Shown: in pieces, positions 34,639 to 41,674 of the stretch | Numbering within the stretch: position 1 is the first letter of the stretch | Layout of the letters: the number at the start of each line of letters is the position of its first letter | Assembly: GCA_036398035.1 (NCBI GenBank) | Contig: DASWHU010000240.1 | Coordinates: 1-41,674, forward strand | Direction of reading: 5' to 3' | Origin: Alphaproteobacteria bacterium | GTDB taxonomy: Bacteria; Pseudomonadota; Alphaproteobacteria; UBA7887 | Length of the DNA stretch: 41,674 nt | Notes under the pieces: model-generated | The model's input: only the letters and a program-made list of their open reading frames with translations | The model's database searches: none | What the model was told of the DNA's origin: nothing | Position numbers and translations under genes: made by a program

Positions 34639-35157
34639 TCAGTTGCGCTCGCCCTGCTCCGGGCTCGGCGTCCAGGCCGCGGCGCGCTTCTCGGCCTCGG
34701 CGATCTGTTCCGGGGTCAGGAAGTCCTTGAGCACGTCGAGGTGGCCCTCGGCGCCTTCGCGCCCGCGCTCGGCCGCGAGCAGGAACCACTTGTACGACTC
34801 GATCAGGTCCTGCTCGATGCCGCGTCCCTCGTCGTACATGTAGCCGAGGTTGGTCATCGCGTCGGGCAGGCCTTGCTCGGCCGCCCGCCGGTACCATATG
34901 ACCGCTTCCTTCTCGTTGGGAGGCACGCCCCGGCCCTTGCGGTACATGAAGCCGATGTTGTTCTGGGCCGTCGCGTCACCCGCCTCGGCCAACGGCAGCC
35001 ACTCCTTGAACGCGGTTTCGTAGTCGCGCACGGCGTAGGCGCGGTTGCCGGCGTCGAAGTCGGCCAGGCTCGCGGACGCAGCCCCGATCATGAGCGCGGC
35101 AATGCACGCCAAGGCCGCCTGCCTCAAACGTCCCGGCCGCGATTGCTTGCGGTCCAT
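34639..35157 (-). CDS. secreted Sel1-repeat protein
   Basis: I trimmed the ORF to MDRKQSRPG... It has a signal peptide ending ASASLA. The Sel1 repeats are DATAQNNIGFMYRKGRGVPPNEKEAVIWYRRAAEQG and LPDAMTNLGYMYDEGRGIEQDLIESYKWF. Confidence 0.8.
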   Translation of the reverse strand: MDRKQSRPGRLRQAALACIAALMIGAASASLADFDAGNRAYAVRDYETAFKEWLPLAEAGDATAQNNIGFMYRKGRGVPPNEKEAVIWYRRAAEQGLPDAMTNLGYMYDEGRGIEQDLIESYKWFLLAAERGREGAEGHLDVLKDFLTPEQIAEAEKRAAAWTPSPEQGERN

Positions 35158-35177
35158 GATTGGGCCGACTCCGCCGA

Positions 35178-35690
35178 TCAGTGCCCGCCGCCGCCGCCGC
35201 CGGCAACGTCGAGCTTGAGCTGTCGGCACATCTTGGATTGGCCGAAGAACAGCTCGCAGTCCGCCGTCTCGAGATCGTCCGACCGGCCCTTGAAATGCTC
35301 GACGATGAACTCCGCGACGTGCTTGACTTGACGGTGGTTCAGCAACTGGCGCGCGGGTCCGGGCGCCATCTCGCCGAGTTCCTCGAGCGTCATGCCGTCA
35401 TAGCAGTCGTGATCCTTGTAGGCGCCCCGCAAGTGATACATCATCCCCGTTCCGGGCCGACCGCAGGAGATCACTTCGATCATCTGGTCGAGCTCGAGAA
35501 TGGTCTGGCGGAAATTGATCGGCGTGCCGCCATAGCCCGGGCCGCCCATGCCGTGCCATTTGTGGCAGGTGATGCAGCCGGCCTGCTTGTAGATCGCGGC
35601 GCCCGGGAGCCTGCGTTGCATCTGCGCCGATGCCGGTGCAATCCACGCCATCGCCAGCAGACCGGCGAGCGCCACCGCCGCACCGCGCAT
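35178..35690 (-). CDS. periplasmic monohaem c-type cytochrome
   Basis: I trimmed the ORF to MRGAAVALAGLLAMAWIAPASA. It has a single CITCH haem-binding motif and ends in ...DVAGGGGGGH. Confidence 0.75.
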   Translation of the reverse strand: MRGAAVALAGLLAMAWIAPASAQMQRRLPGAAIYKQAGCITCHKWHGMGGPGYGGTPINFRQTILELDQMIEVISCGRPGTGMMYHLRGAYKDHDCYDGMTLEELGEMAPGPARQLLNHRQVKHVAEFIVEHFKGRSDDLETADCELFFGQSKMCRQLKLDVAGGGGGGH

Positions 35691-35862
35691 TGACTTGCCG
35701 CAAGTCCTCACTCGTTCCTCCCTGGCGCGGTCGCACCGCCCCTCCGGTCGCGCTCCGCCCCCCCGACAGCGGACGCATAGGCTCGCATGTACTGCAACCG
35801 CCCGTTCCAGACAACCCCCGCCGCCGGGCCGACCTGAGCGCGTCGCGGGGCACACCGCGCAG

Positions 35863-36300
35863 TCAATTCTGCTTGAAGTTCCAGCAGCGCGAATTTTGCC
35901 GCCCGCCCTCGGCCAGCCTCTCAGGCTGTCCCGACTCGAAGGACCTGACGAGGGCCAGGGCATCGAAATGACAGTGGCGGGGAATGTATTCCTTGAGCAG
36001 AAGGTCGTACTTCTCTTTGGCGTCCTTGACGCCGCCCTTGGCGGCGAGCGTCAGCCACGCGTAAGCCGAGATCACGTCGCGCGGTTCGCCGACGCCGTTG
36101 GCGAGCATGATGCCCAGCTCATACTGCGCCTGCGCATCGCCGGCCAGCGCCGCGGCCAGCCATTCCTGATGGGCGGTGTTGAAGTCGCCGGCGTCGTAGG
36201 CGTGCTTGCCGGAAATGAAGTCGGCGCGCACCGGCGCTCCGAGCCACAGTACCAGCAGCGCCAGCGCGACGCTCGCGGCGCGCCGCCATGTCCGCGTCAT
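35863..36300 (-). CDS. secreted Sel1-repeat protein (paralog of 34639..35157)
   Basis: I trimmed the ORF to MTRTWRRAASVALALLVLWLGAPVRA. The mature N-terminus, ADFISGKHAYDAGDFNTAHQEWL..GDAQAQYELGIML, parallels ADFDAGNRAYAVRDYETAFKEWL..GDATAQNNIGFMY of the other gene. Confidence 0.7.
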   Translation of the reverse strand: MTRTWRRAASVALALLVLWLGAPVRADFISGKHAYDAGDFNTAHQEWLAAALAGDAQAQYELGIMLANGVGEPRDVISAYAWLTLAAKGGVKDAKEKYDLLLKEYIPRHCHFDALALVRSFESGQPERLAEGGRQNSRCWNFKQN

Positions 36301-36383
36301 GGTCTTGCCCTCTCGCCGCCCGAACGCGCGACGGCCCGCGTCCGTCATCCAAACGCGGGCCGCCCACGCCGACCGCGGCCGGA

Positions 36384-36617
36384 TCAGCTCTGTTCCATCA
36401 GCGACATCGCCTTCTTGCGATCTTCGCCGACGCAGGTCTTGAGCGCCGTCACGCATCCCATCGAGTTGCCGGACTGGCACTGCTGGAGACCTGTCGTGCA
36501 CATCTCGACCTGCTCGGCAGAGGTCTGCTCCTCAGCCGACGGCCCGGCGGCAACGCCCGACACCGCGAAACCGGCGGTGGCCGCGGCCGCAATCAAAGCG
36601 ATGACCGATTTCCTCAT
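36384..36617 (-). CDS. 77-aa secreted four-cysteine protein
   Basis: The ATG at 36617 is preceded by GGGAGGA. The signal peptide is MRKSVIALIAAAATAGFAVSGVAA. The mature part has C-x6-C-x7-C-x6-C. Confidence 0.55.
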   Translation of the reverse strand: MRKSVIALIAAAATAGFAVSGVAAGPSAEEQTSAEQVEMCTTGLQQCQSGNSMGCVTALKTCVGEDRKKAMSLMEQS

Positions 36618-36957
36618 GCAATCCTCCCTGACGCTGCGGCCCGAGGCTGTTGGCCACACCGGGCCTGTTCGCACCGTTTCGTTGTCGACGGCGCCTTTGC
36701 CGCCGCCTCCTCCCCGTAGACGCAGGCGCCGCACCTGCCCGCCAACCGTTGCCCGTTGCTCTGCGGCAATCGATCATATTCACCCGGCCGGCGCCACGCA
36801 CGGCCTGCGTCGATCTTGAGGCCGGCCAAGAGTATCAATAGTTTCCGGCAAACGGAAGAGCGCAGGCAGCCTGCCTTAAGGAGCTTGCGTCGGGGCGTCG
36901 GCGCCGGCACCCTGTCGGGGCGCCCATGTCAGACCCCAGGGAGACGGCAAGGCGAAC

Positions 36958-37632
36958 ATGACCCCCGATGCGGCATTCAGGCGTGCCGGCGCCGGCGGCC
37001 TGCTCGCGGTCGCGGCCGCGGTGCTGGCTTATGGCGGCCCGGTCGGCGCCGGCCAGGACGGCGACATCCGCGAGTTCACCGTCGGCCTGACCGTCGACGA
37101 GCTGCCCGCGACCGGTTATCTCGGCTTCAAGTGCGGCAACAACGGCGCCAAGCCGGGCCGGGAGATCGCCGGCTGGACCGCCTTCGCCGAGTGCCCGCCC
37201 GACGACAAGGGCCTGCACGAGGTGGCGTTCGAGTACGACGATTCCGAAGTCCGGTTCAAGGACTTGGAGGGCACCGCGATCGCCGGCCACGAGGTCCTGA
37301 TCTCGCTCCTGTTCAACGACCAGGGGCAGGTCGAGGCCATCCGCGTGTTCACCAACCCGTTCGCGCGGCCCTACGAAAAGCGCCGGGCCCACATCCTGGC
37401 CAACAAGGTCAAGCACCGGTTCGGCAGCGAGGGCTGGACCTGCGTCAACCAGCAGCTTGCGGACGGCGAGTCGGACATCGCCGGCGTGTTCATCAAGGAA
37501 AGCTGCCGCAAGGACCTCGGCAACCGGTTCATCGACCTTCACACCAGCTTCTTTCGCCGCCACGGGCCCGAGGGCGAGACCATCGTCAACGCCACGTCTT
37601 TCGAGATCTGGCGCGAGGCCGCGCCGTCCTAG
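36958..37632 (+). CDS. secreted hypothetical protein
   Basis: 224 aa with a plausible signal peptide (GGLLAVAAAVLAYGGPVGAG) and protein-like composition. No motif recognised. Confidence 0.55.
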   Translation: MTPDAAFRRAGAGGLLAVAAAVLAYGGPVGAGQDGDIREFTVGLTVDELPATGYLGFKCGNNGAKPGREIAGWTAFAECPPDDKGLHEVAFEYDDSEVRFKDLEGTAIAGHEVLISLLFNDQGQVEAIRVFTNPFARPYEKRRAHILANKVKHRFGSEGWTCVNQQLADGESDIAGVFIKESCRKDLGNRFIDLHTSFFRRHGPEGETIVNATSFEIWREAAPS

Positions 37633-37666
37633 CCGGCCGCCGGTGCGCCGCCATCCCTGAAAAAAT

Positions 37667-37690
37667 GCGGCCCCTCGGTCGAGGGGCCGC
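37667..37690. terminator. stem-loop GCGGCCCCTC-GGTC-GAGGGGCCGC between convergent genes
   Basis: The stem is a perfect 10 bp. The A6 tract on the plus strand just upstream (37661..37665 region) becomes a U-tract for the minus-strand transcript of the PQQ-DH gene. Confidence 0.7.
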
Positions 37691-37707
37691 ACTCGGTCTC
37701 AAAGGGA

Positions 37708-37730
37708 CCCCGGCCGGTCGCCGGCCGGGG
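37708..37730. terminator. second stem-loop CCCCGGCCGG-TCG-CCGGCCGGGG
   Basis: The stem is a perfect 10 bp, located 20 bp after the stop of the minus-strand PQQ-DH gene. There is no clear U-tract. Confidence 0.4.
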
Positions 37731-37749
37731 CGCTGTCGTCCAAAGCCGC

Positions 37750-39567
37750 CTAGAGCGCGAACACCCACAGCACGTTGGCGTTGCGGATCTTCTCAAGGCC
37801 CGGAGTCGACGGAGCGAAGTATGTCGGCACCGTGCCCCAGCCGCCCGACGACACGGCGATGTACTGCTTGCCGTCGACGGCAAAGCTCATCGTCGGAGCG
37901 TCGGTCAGCGTGTTCATGTGGAAGCACCACAGCTCGTCCAGCGATTCATCGTCGAAGGCGCAGAACTTGCCCTCGTGCTGGGCGACGAACACCAGCCCGC
38001 CGGCGGTGCTGAGGACGCCCGCCATCACCGGATAGCGGGTGTCGACCTTGCGCACGATCCTGCCGGTGGTCACGTCGACCGCGGTCAGGCTGCCGGCCAG
38101 GCTCTTGCCGTCGCTGCTCTTCGCGGTGGTCACGTCCGGCATGCCGCCCGAGAACCACTCACGGAGCACATAGGAGCCCTCGGGACCCGGGGTCTCCTCT
38201 TCGTTGTTGACCGTGATGCAGCTCTCGATGGTCGGGATGTACGCCATCTTGGTGCGCGGGCTGTAGGACATCGGCATCCAGTTCTTGCCGCCCATCAGGT
38301 TGGGGCAGAACGTTGCCGACTTGTTGGTCCGGTTCGGCGTGTGCTCGGCCACGTAGACCTGCAGGTCGGAGTTCGGATTGTAGTCGAGCGGTACGCCGGT
38401 GACCTTGTCCAGACCGCGAGTCCAGTTGACCTCCTTGACGAACGGGATGCCGTAGATGAACTCGCCGTTGGTCCGGTCGATGGCGTAGAAGAAGCCGTTG
38501 CGGTCGGCATGGATAAACGCCTTCCGGTCGTTACCGCCGATATTGACGTTGACGAGGATGTTCTCGTTGATGCCGTCGTAATCGTACGGGTCGTTGGGCG
38601 TGTACTGGAAGTGGAAGGCCACCTTGCCGGTGTCGGCGTCGAGCGCGAACATGCCCGAGGTGTACAGGTTGTCGCCCGGGCGATACTCGTTGTCCCAGTC
38701 CGGGCCCGGATTGCCGACGCCCCAGTAGAGCAGGTTGGTGTCCGGGTCGTAGGAGCCGGTCTGCCAGGTCGAGCCGCCGCCGGTCAGCCAACCATCGTTG
38801 TCGTCCTTCCAGGTCTCGTGCCCCGGCTCGCCGGGCCCCGGAATGGTGTAGCGACGCCAGACCTCGTTGCCGGTGTTGAGGTCGACCGCGGCCAGCCAGC
38901 CGCGGATGCCGTACTCGGCGCCCGACACGCCGGTGATCGCCATGTCCTTGACCACCAGCGGCGCGATCGTGACCGTCTCGGCGACCGCCGGATCGGCGAG
39001 CTGCGTCTCCCAGACCAGCTCACCCGTGTCCTTCTTGATCCGCAGCATGCGCCCGTCGAGCGTGTTCATGATCACCGAGTCGCCCCACACGGCGACGCCG
39101 CGATTGTTGATCGCGCAGCAGGCGACGTTGCCTGCCCAGTCCTTGTCGACGCCCGGATCATAGGTCCACTTGACCATGTCGGGGCCCTGGCCCGCCTTGC
39201 GCAGGTCGATGGCCATCAGCTCGCTCCAGCCGTTGGCCATGTACATCGTGCCTGACTCGACGATCGGCGTGCCCTCGATGTTGCCGTAGCGCCAGAAGCC
39301 GCCGCCTTCGGTGCCGCCGAGAGCGATCGCCCAGGCCACCTTCAGGTCCTTGACGTTCGACTTGTTGATCTGGTCCAGCGGCGAGTAACGATCGGAATTG
39401 TAGGTCCGATGGACGGTCAGCCAGTCGTCGGCGTTCTTGGTTGCGTTCAAAAGGTCGTCAGCCGTAGTCATCTCGGCGGCCGACGCCGGCAGCGACATGG
39501 CAAGCGCGAGCAAGCCGGCGCCCACCGCTGCAAGGGTCGCAGCCGGTTTGGTCACTTTCTCTTTCAT
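37750..39567 (-). CDS. PQQ-dependent dehydrogenase, methanol/ethanol family, XoxF/ExaF-like with the lanthanide-type D-Y-D motif
   Basis: I trimmed the ORF to MKEKVTKPAATLAAVGAGLLALAMSLPASA, which is preceded by GGAGGA. Landmarks are NVACCAINNRG (vicinal Cys), GVSGAEYGIRGW, GGGSTWQTGSYDPDTNLLYWGVGNPGP and PYDYDGINE. Confidence 0.85.
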   Translation of the reverse strand: MKEKVTKPAATLAAVGAGLLALAMSLPASAAEMTTADDLLNATKNADDWLTVHRTYNSDRYSPLDQINKSNVKDLKVAWAIALGGTEGGGFWRYGNIEGTPIVESGTMYMANGWSELMAIDLRKAGQGPDMVKWTYDPGVDKDWAGNVACCAINNRGVAVWGDSVIMNTLDGRMLRIKKDTGELVWETQLADPAVAETVTIAPLVVKDMAITGVSGAEYGIRGWLAAVDLNTGNEVWRRYTIPGPGEPGHETWKDDNDGWLTGGGSTWQTGSYDPDTNLLYWGVGNPGPDWDNEYRPGDNLYTSGMFALDADTGKVAFHFQYTPNDPYDYDGINENILVNVNIGGNDRKAFIHADRNGFFYAIDRTNGEFIYGIPFVKEVNWTRGLDKVTGVPLDYNPNSDLQVYVAEHTPNRTNKSATFCPNLMGGKNWMPMSYSPRTKMAYIPTIESCITVNNEEETPGPEGSYVLREWFSGGMPDVTTAKSSDGKSLAGSLTAVDVTTGRIVRKVDTRYPVMAGVLSTAGGLVFVAQHEGKFCAFDDESLDELWCFHMNTLTDAPTMSFAVDGKQYIAVSSGGWGTVPTYFAPSTPGLEKIRNANVLWVFAL

Positions 39568-39792
39568 CAGAGCATCCTCCCCATAGACGTTCGCCCGCGC
39601 GCCTAGATCAGCCGGGCTTTCGGCCACCCCACTCGGGGCTCGCCCGACCCGGCGTCCCGGCGGTACGGTTTTGCTGGCCGCGCACCGGGCATCACGCGCG
39701 CCGGAGATGCGTAAAAGTCTGACAATCGCCGGCGGCTGAGTCAATTGCCGATCGCGGCGGAGTAACCGTCTGGTTAAGAACAATCGGAGAAC

Positions 39793-39808
39793 GGCATAGG
39801 CGTTGCCA
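39793..39808 (-). promoter_or_regulatory. possible sigma-54 type -24/-12 element (TGGCAACGCCTATGCC on the minus strand)
   Basis: The GG and GC dinucleotides have canonical spacing. The element lies about 225 nt upstream of the PQQ-DH start. This is a pattern match only, in GC-rich DNA. Confidence 0.2.
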
Positions 39809-39893
39809 TCAATCTGCGTGCGGCGCGGGTTCCGCCGCGTATCGGCTTGTGCGAGACTTGGCCAACCAGCCCGCGCCGACCTCGCCGCCTGTC

Positions 39894-40946
39894 ATGGAAA
39901 GCCACCCGATCGACTGCGCGCCTGCCCTGCCGGAGCGGTTCGAGGACATCGAAGCGCTCGAGGACGTCCTCTCGGCGCCGACCGCGCAGCTGGTCGAGGA
40001 CCTCGGCCGGCTCGACGGCGATGTATTGGTGCTCGGGGTCGGCGGCAAGATGGGGCCGACGCTTGCGCGGCTCGCCAGGCGCGCGGCGCCGGCCAAGCGC
40101 GTGGTCGGGGTGGCGCGGTTCACCGACAAAGCCTTGCGCGCGCGCCTCGAATCGTGGGGCGTGGAGACCATCGCCTGCGACCTACTGGACCGCGCCGCGC
40201 TCGCCGCCCTGCCGCGGCTCGCCAATGTCGTGTTCATGGCCGGGCGCAAGTTCGGCGCCACCGCCGCCGCCGCCGACACCTGGGCGATGAACGCTCTGGT
40301 CCCGGCCGCCGTCGCCGAGGCCTTCGCCGCATCGCGGATCGTCGCCTTCTCGACCGGCTGCGTCTATCCGTACCTGCCGGCCGCCGGCGGCGGCGCCACG
40401 GAGAAGACCGCGCCCAGCCCGCCGCCCGGCGACTACGCCTGGTCGTGCCTGGCCCGCGAGCGGCTGTTCGAGTACGCCTCGCGCCGCTTCGCCACCGCGG
40501 GCCGGCTGATCCGGCTCAACTACGCCATCGACATGCGTTACGGCGTGCTCCACGACATCGCCCGCGCGGTGTTCGCCGGCGCGCCCGTCGATCTCGCCAC
40601 CGGCCATGTCAACGTGATCTGGCAGGGCGACGCCAACGCGCAAGCGTTGCGTGCGCTGGCTCACTGCACCTCGCCGACCTCGCCGCTCAACGTCACCGGG
40701 CCCGAGACGGTCAGCGTGCGCGCCCTGGCCCACGCCTTCGCCGAGCGGTTCGGCAAGCCGCCGCGCTTTGCCGGCACCGAGTCGGCGACCGCGTGGCTCA
40801 GCGACAGCACCGCCGCCCGCCGCCTGTTCGGCGCGCCGCGGGTGCCGTTGTCGCGCATGATCGACTGGACCGCGGACTGGACGCTGCGCGACGGCGCGAG
40901 CTACGACAAGCCGACCCGGTTCGAGGTCCGCGACGGACGGTTTTGA
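39894..40946 (+). CDS. NAD-dependent epimerase/dehydratase-like extended SDR, atypical (Y-x3-C instead of Y-x3-K), paralog A
   Basis: I placed the start at ATG 39894 (MESHPIDC) by analogy with the paralog B N-terminus. Landmarks are the Rossmann motif LGVGGKMGPTLA, FSTGCVYP, and GDYAWSCLARE where the family has YxxxK. Confidence 0.7.
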   Translation: MESHPIDCAPALPERFEDIEALEDVLSAPTAQLVEDLGRLDGDVLVLGVGGKMGPTLARLARRAAPAKRVVGVARFTDKALRARLESWGVETIACDLLDRAALAALPRLANVVFMAGRKFGATAAAADTWAMNALVPAAVAEAFAASRIVAFSTGCVYPYLPAAGGGATEKTAPSPPPGDYAWSCLARERLFEYASRRFATAGRLIRLNYAIDMRYGVLHDIARAVFAGAPVDLATGHVNVIWQGDANAQALRALAHCTSPTSPLNVTGPETVSVRALAHAFAERFGKPPRFAGTESATAWLSDSTAARRLFGAPRVPLSRMIDWTADWTLRDGASYDKPTRFEVRDGRF

Positions 40947-41674
40947 TGGACGTCCTTGCGCCGCACACGCTGCCCGCGCGCCTCGACGACGAGGCCGCGC
41001 TCGAGGATCTGCTGTCCACGCCGAGCCAGGCGCTGATCGACGACCTCGCGCGCCTCGACGGCGACATCGCGGTGCTCGGCGTCGCCGGCAAGGTCGGCCC
41101 GACGCTGGCGCGGCTCGCCAAGCGCGCGGCGCCGGACAAGCGGGTGATCGGCGTCGCCCGGTTCTCCCAGCCCGAGATCCGCGAACGCCTCGAGTCATGG
41201 GGCGTCGAGACCATCGCCTGCGACCTGCTCGACCGCGACCAAGTCGCCGCGCTGCCCAAGCCGGCCAATGTCGTGTTCATGGCCGGGCGCAAGTTCGGCA
41301 CCACCGGCGACGAGCCGCTGACCTGGGCGATGAACGTGCTCGTTCCGGCGATCGTCGCCGAGGCGTTCGCGGCCTCGCGCATCGTCGCCATCTCGACCTT
41401 GTGCGTCTACCCGTTCACCCCGGTCGCCGACGGCGGCGCCGGCGAGGACACGGTGTGCGCGCCGCCCGGGGAGTACGCCAACTCGTGCATCGGGCGCGAG
41501 CGCGCCTTCGAGTACGCCGCCGCCGTCCACGGCACGCGAGGCCGGCTGATCCGCCTGGCCTACGCCATCGACATGCGCTACGGCGTGCTCCACGAGATCG
41601 CGAGCCGGGTGCGCGCGGGCGAGCCCGTCGACCTTGCCACCGGCCACCTGTCGCTGATCTGGCAGGGCGACGCC
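40946..41674 (+). CDS. NAD-dependent epimerase/dehydratase-like extended SDR, paralog B (3' end beyond the window)
   Basis: This ORF is not in the track because it runs off the window end. My own translation from the ATG at 40946 (which overlaps the TGA of paralog A by 1 nt) gives MDVLAPHTLPARLDDEAALEDLLSTPSQALIDDLARLDGDIAVLGVAGKVGPTLARL...STLCVYPF...GEYANSCIGRE...IWQGDA. It is colinear with paralog A. Confidence 0.75.
   Translation, partial: MDVLAPHTLPARLDDEAALEDLLSTPSQALIDDLARLDGDIAVLGVAGKVGPTLARLAKRAAPDKRVIGVARFSQPEIRERLESWGVETIACDLLDRDQVAALPKPANVVFMAGRKFGTTGDEPLTWAMNVLVPAIVAEAFAASRIVAISTLCVYPFTPVADGGAGEDTVCAPPGEYANSCIGRERAFEYAAAVHGTRGRLIRLAYAIDMRYGVLHEIASRVRAGEPVDLATGHLSLIWQGDA

Noticed and set aside
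1-41674. A search for CRISPR arrays, tRNA/rRNA genes, integrases and classical IS transposases.
   Set aside because: I saw no regularly spaced short direct repeats, no cloverleaf-like or rRNA-like segments, and no DDE, serine or tyrosine recombinase motifs while reading either strand. This was by-eye inspection only, so tRNAscan, Infernal and ISfinder should confirm it.

Overview
This is a high-G+C (about 70% by eye) bacterial chromosomal segment, probably alphaproteobacterial judging from its gene families; I could not run any search to confirm this. Many long ORFs in the six-frame track are Arg/Pro/Ala-rich artefacts antisense to, or out of frame with, real genes. I kept about 43 CDSs.

Gene content, in order:
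- Housekeeping and metabolic genes: GST, thrH, a CitE-like lyase, a CDP-alcohol phosphatidyltransferase, an SDR epimerase and a class II aldolase.
- An atypical receiver plus Hpt pair.
- A compact low-GC insertion carrying a GIY-YIG nuclease gene.
- A Zn-ribbon protein, a divergent class III cyclase-like protein, a TPR/GT9-like protein and hemN.
- An operon of two PQQ beta-propeller dehydrogenases flanking a Tat-exported Rieske protein.
- Pirin, followed by an acyl-CoA-type catabolic cluster.
- A TRAP binding protein followed by the sulfate ABC operon (sbp-cysTWA).
- A kdgK-eda sugar-acid cluster.
- A periplasmic cluster of Sel1 proteins, a cytochrome c and a Cys-rich peptide.
- A third, lanthanide-signature PQQ dehydrogenase.
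- Two tandem atypical SDR paralogs running off the window end.

I saw no rRNA, tRNA or CRISPR array.

Best candidates for something undescribed:
1. A 560-bp element at 7253..7812. It has 21-bp terminal inverted repeats (20/21 match), an 8-bp flanking direct repeat, and a GIY-YIG nuclease as its only gene.
2. The PQQ-DH / Rieske / PQQ-DH / small periplasmic protein operon at 12561..17429. Each dehydrogenase lacks a different canonical active-site feature, and no cytochrome c partner is encoded.
3. An orphan cyclase-homology-domain protein at 8283..9482.

All family calls are by-eye motif recognition and need profile searches.
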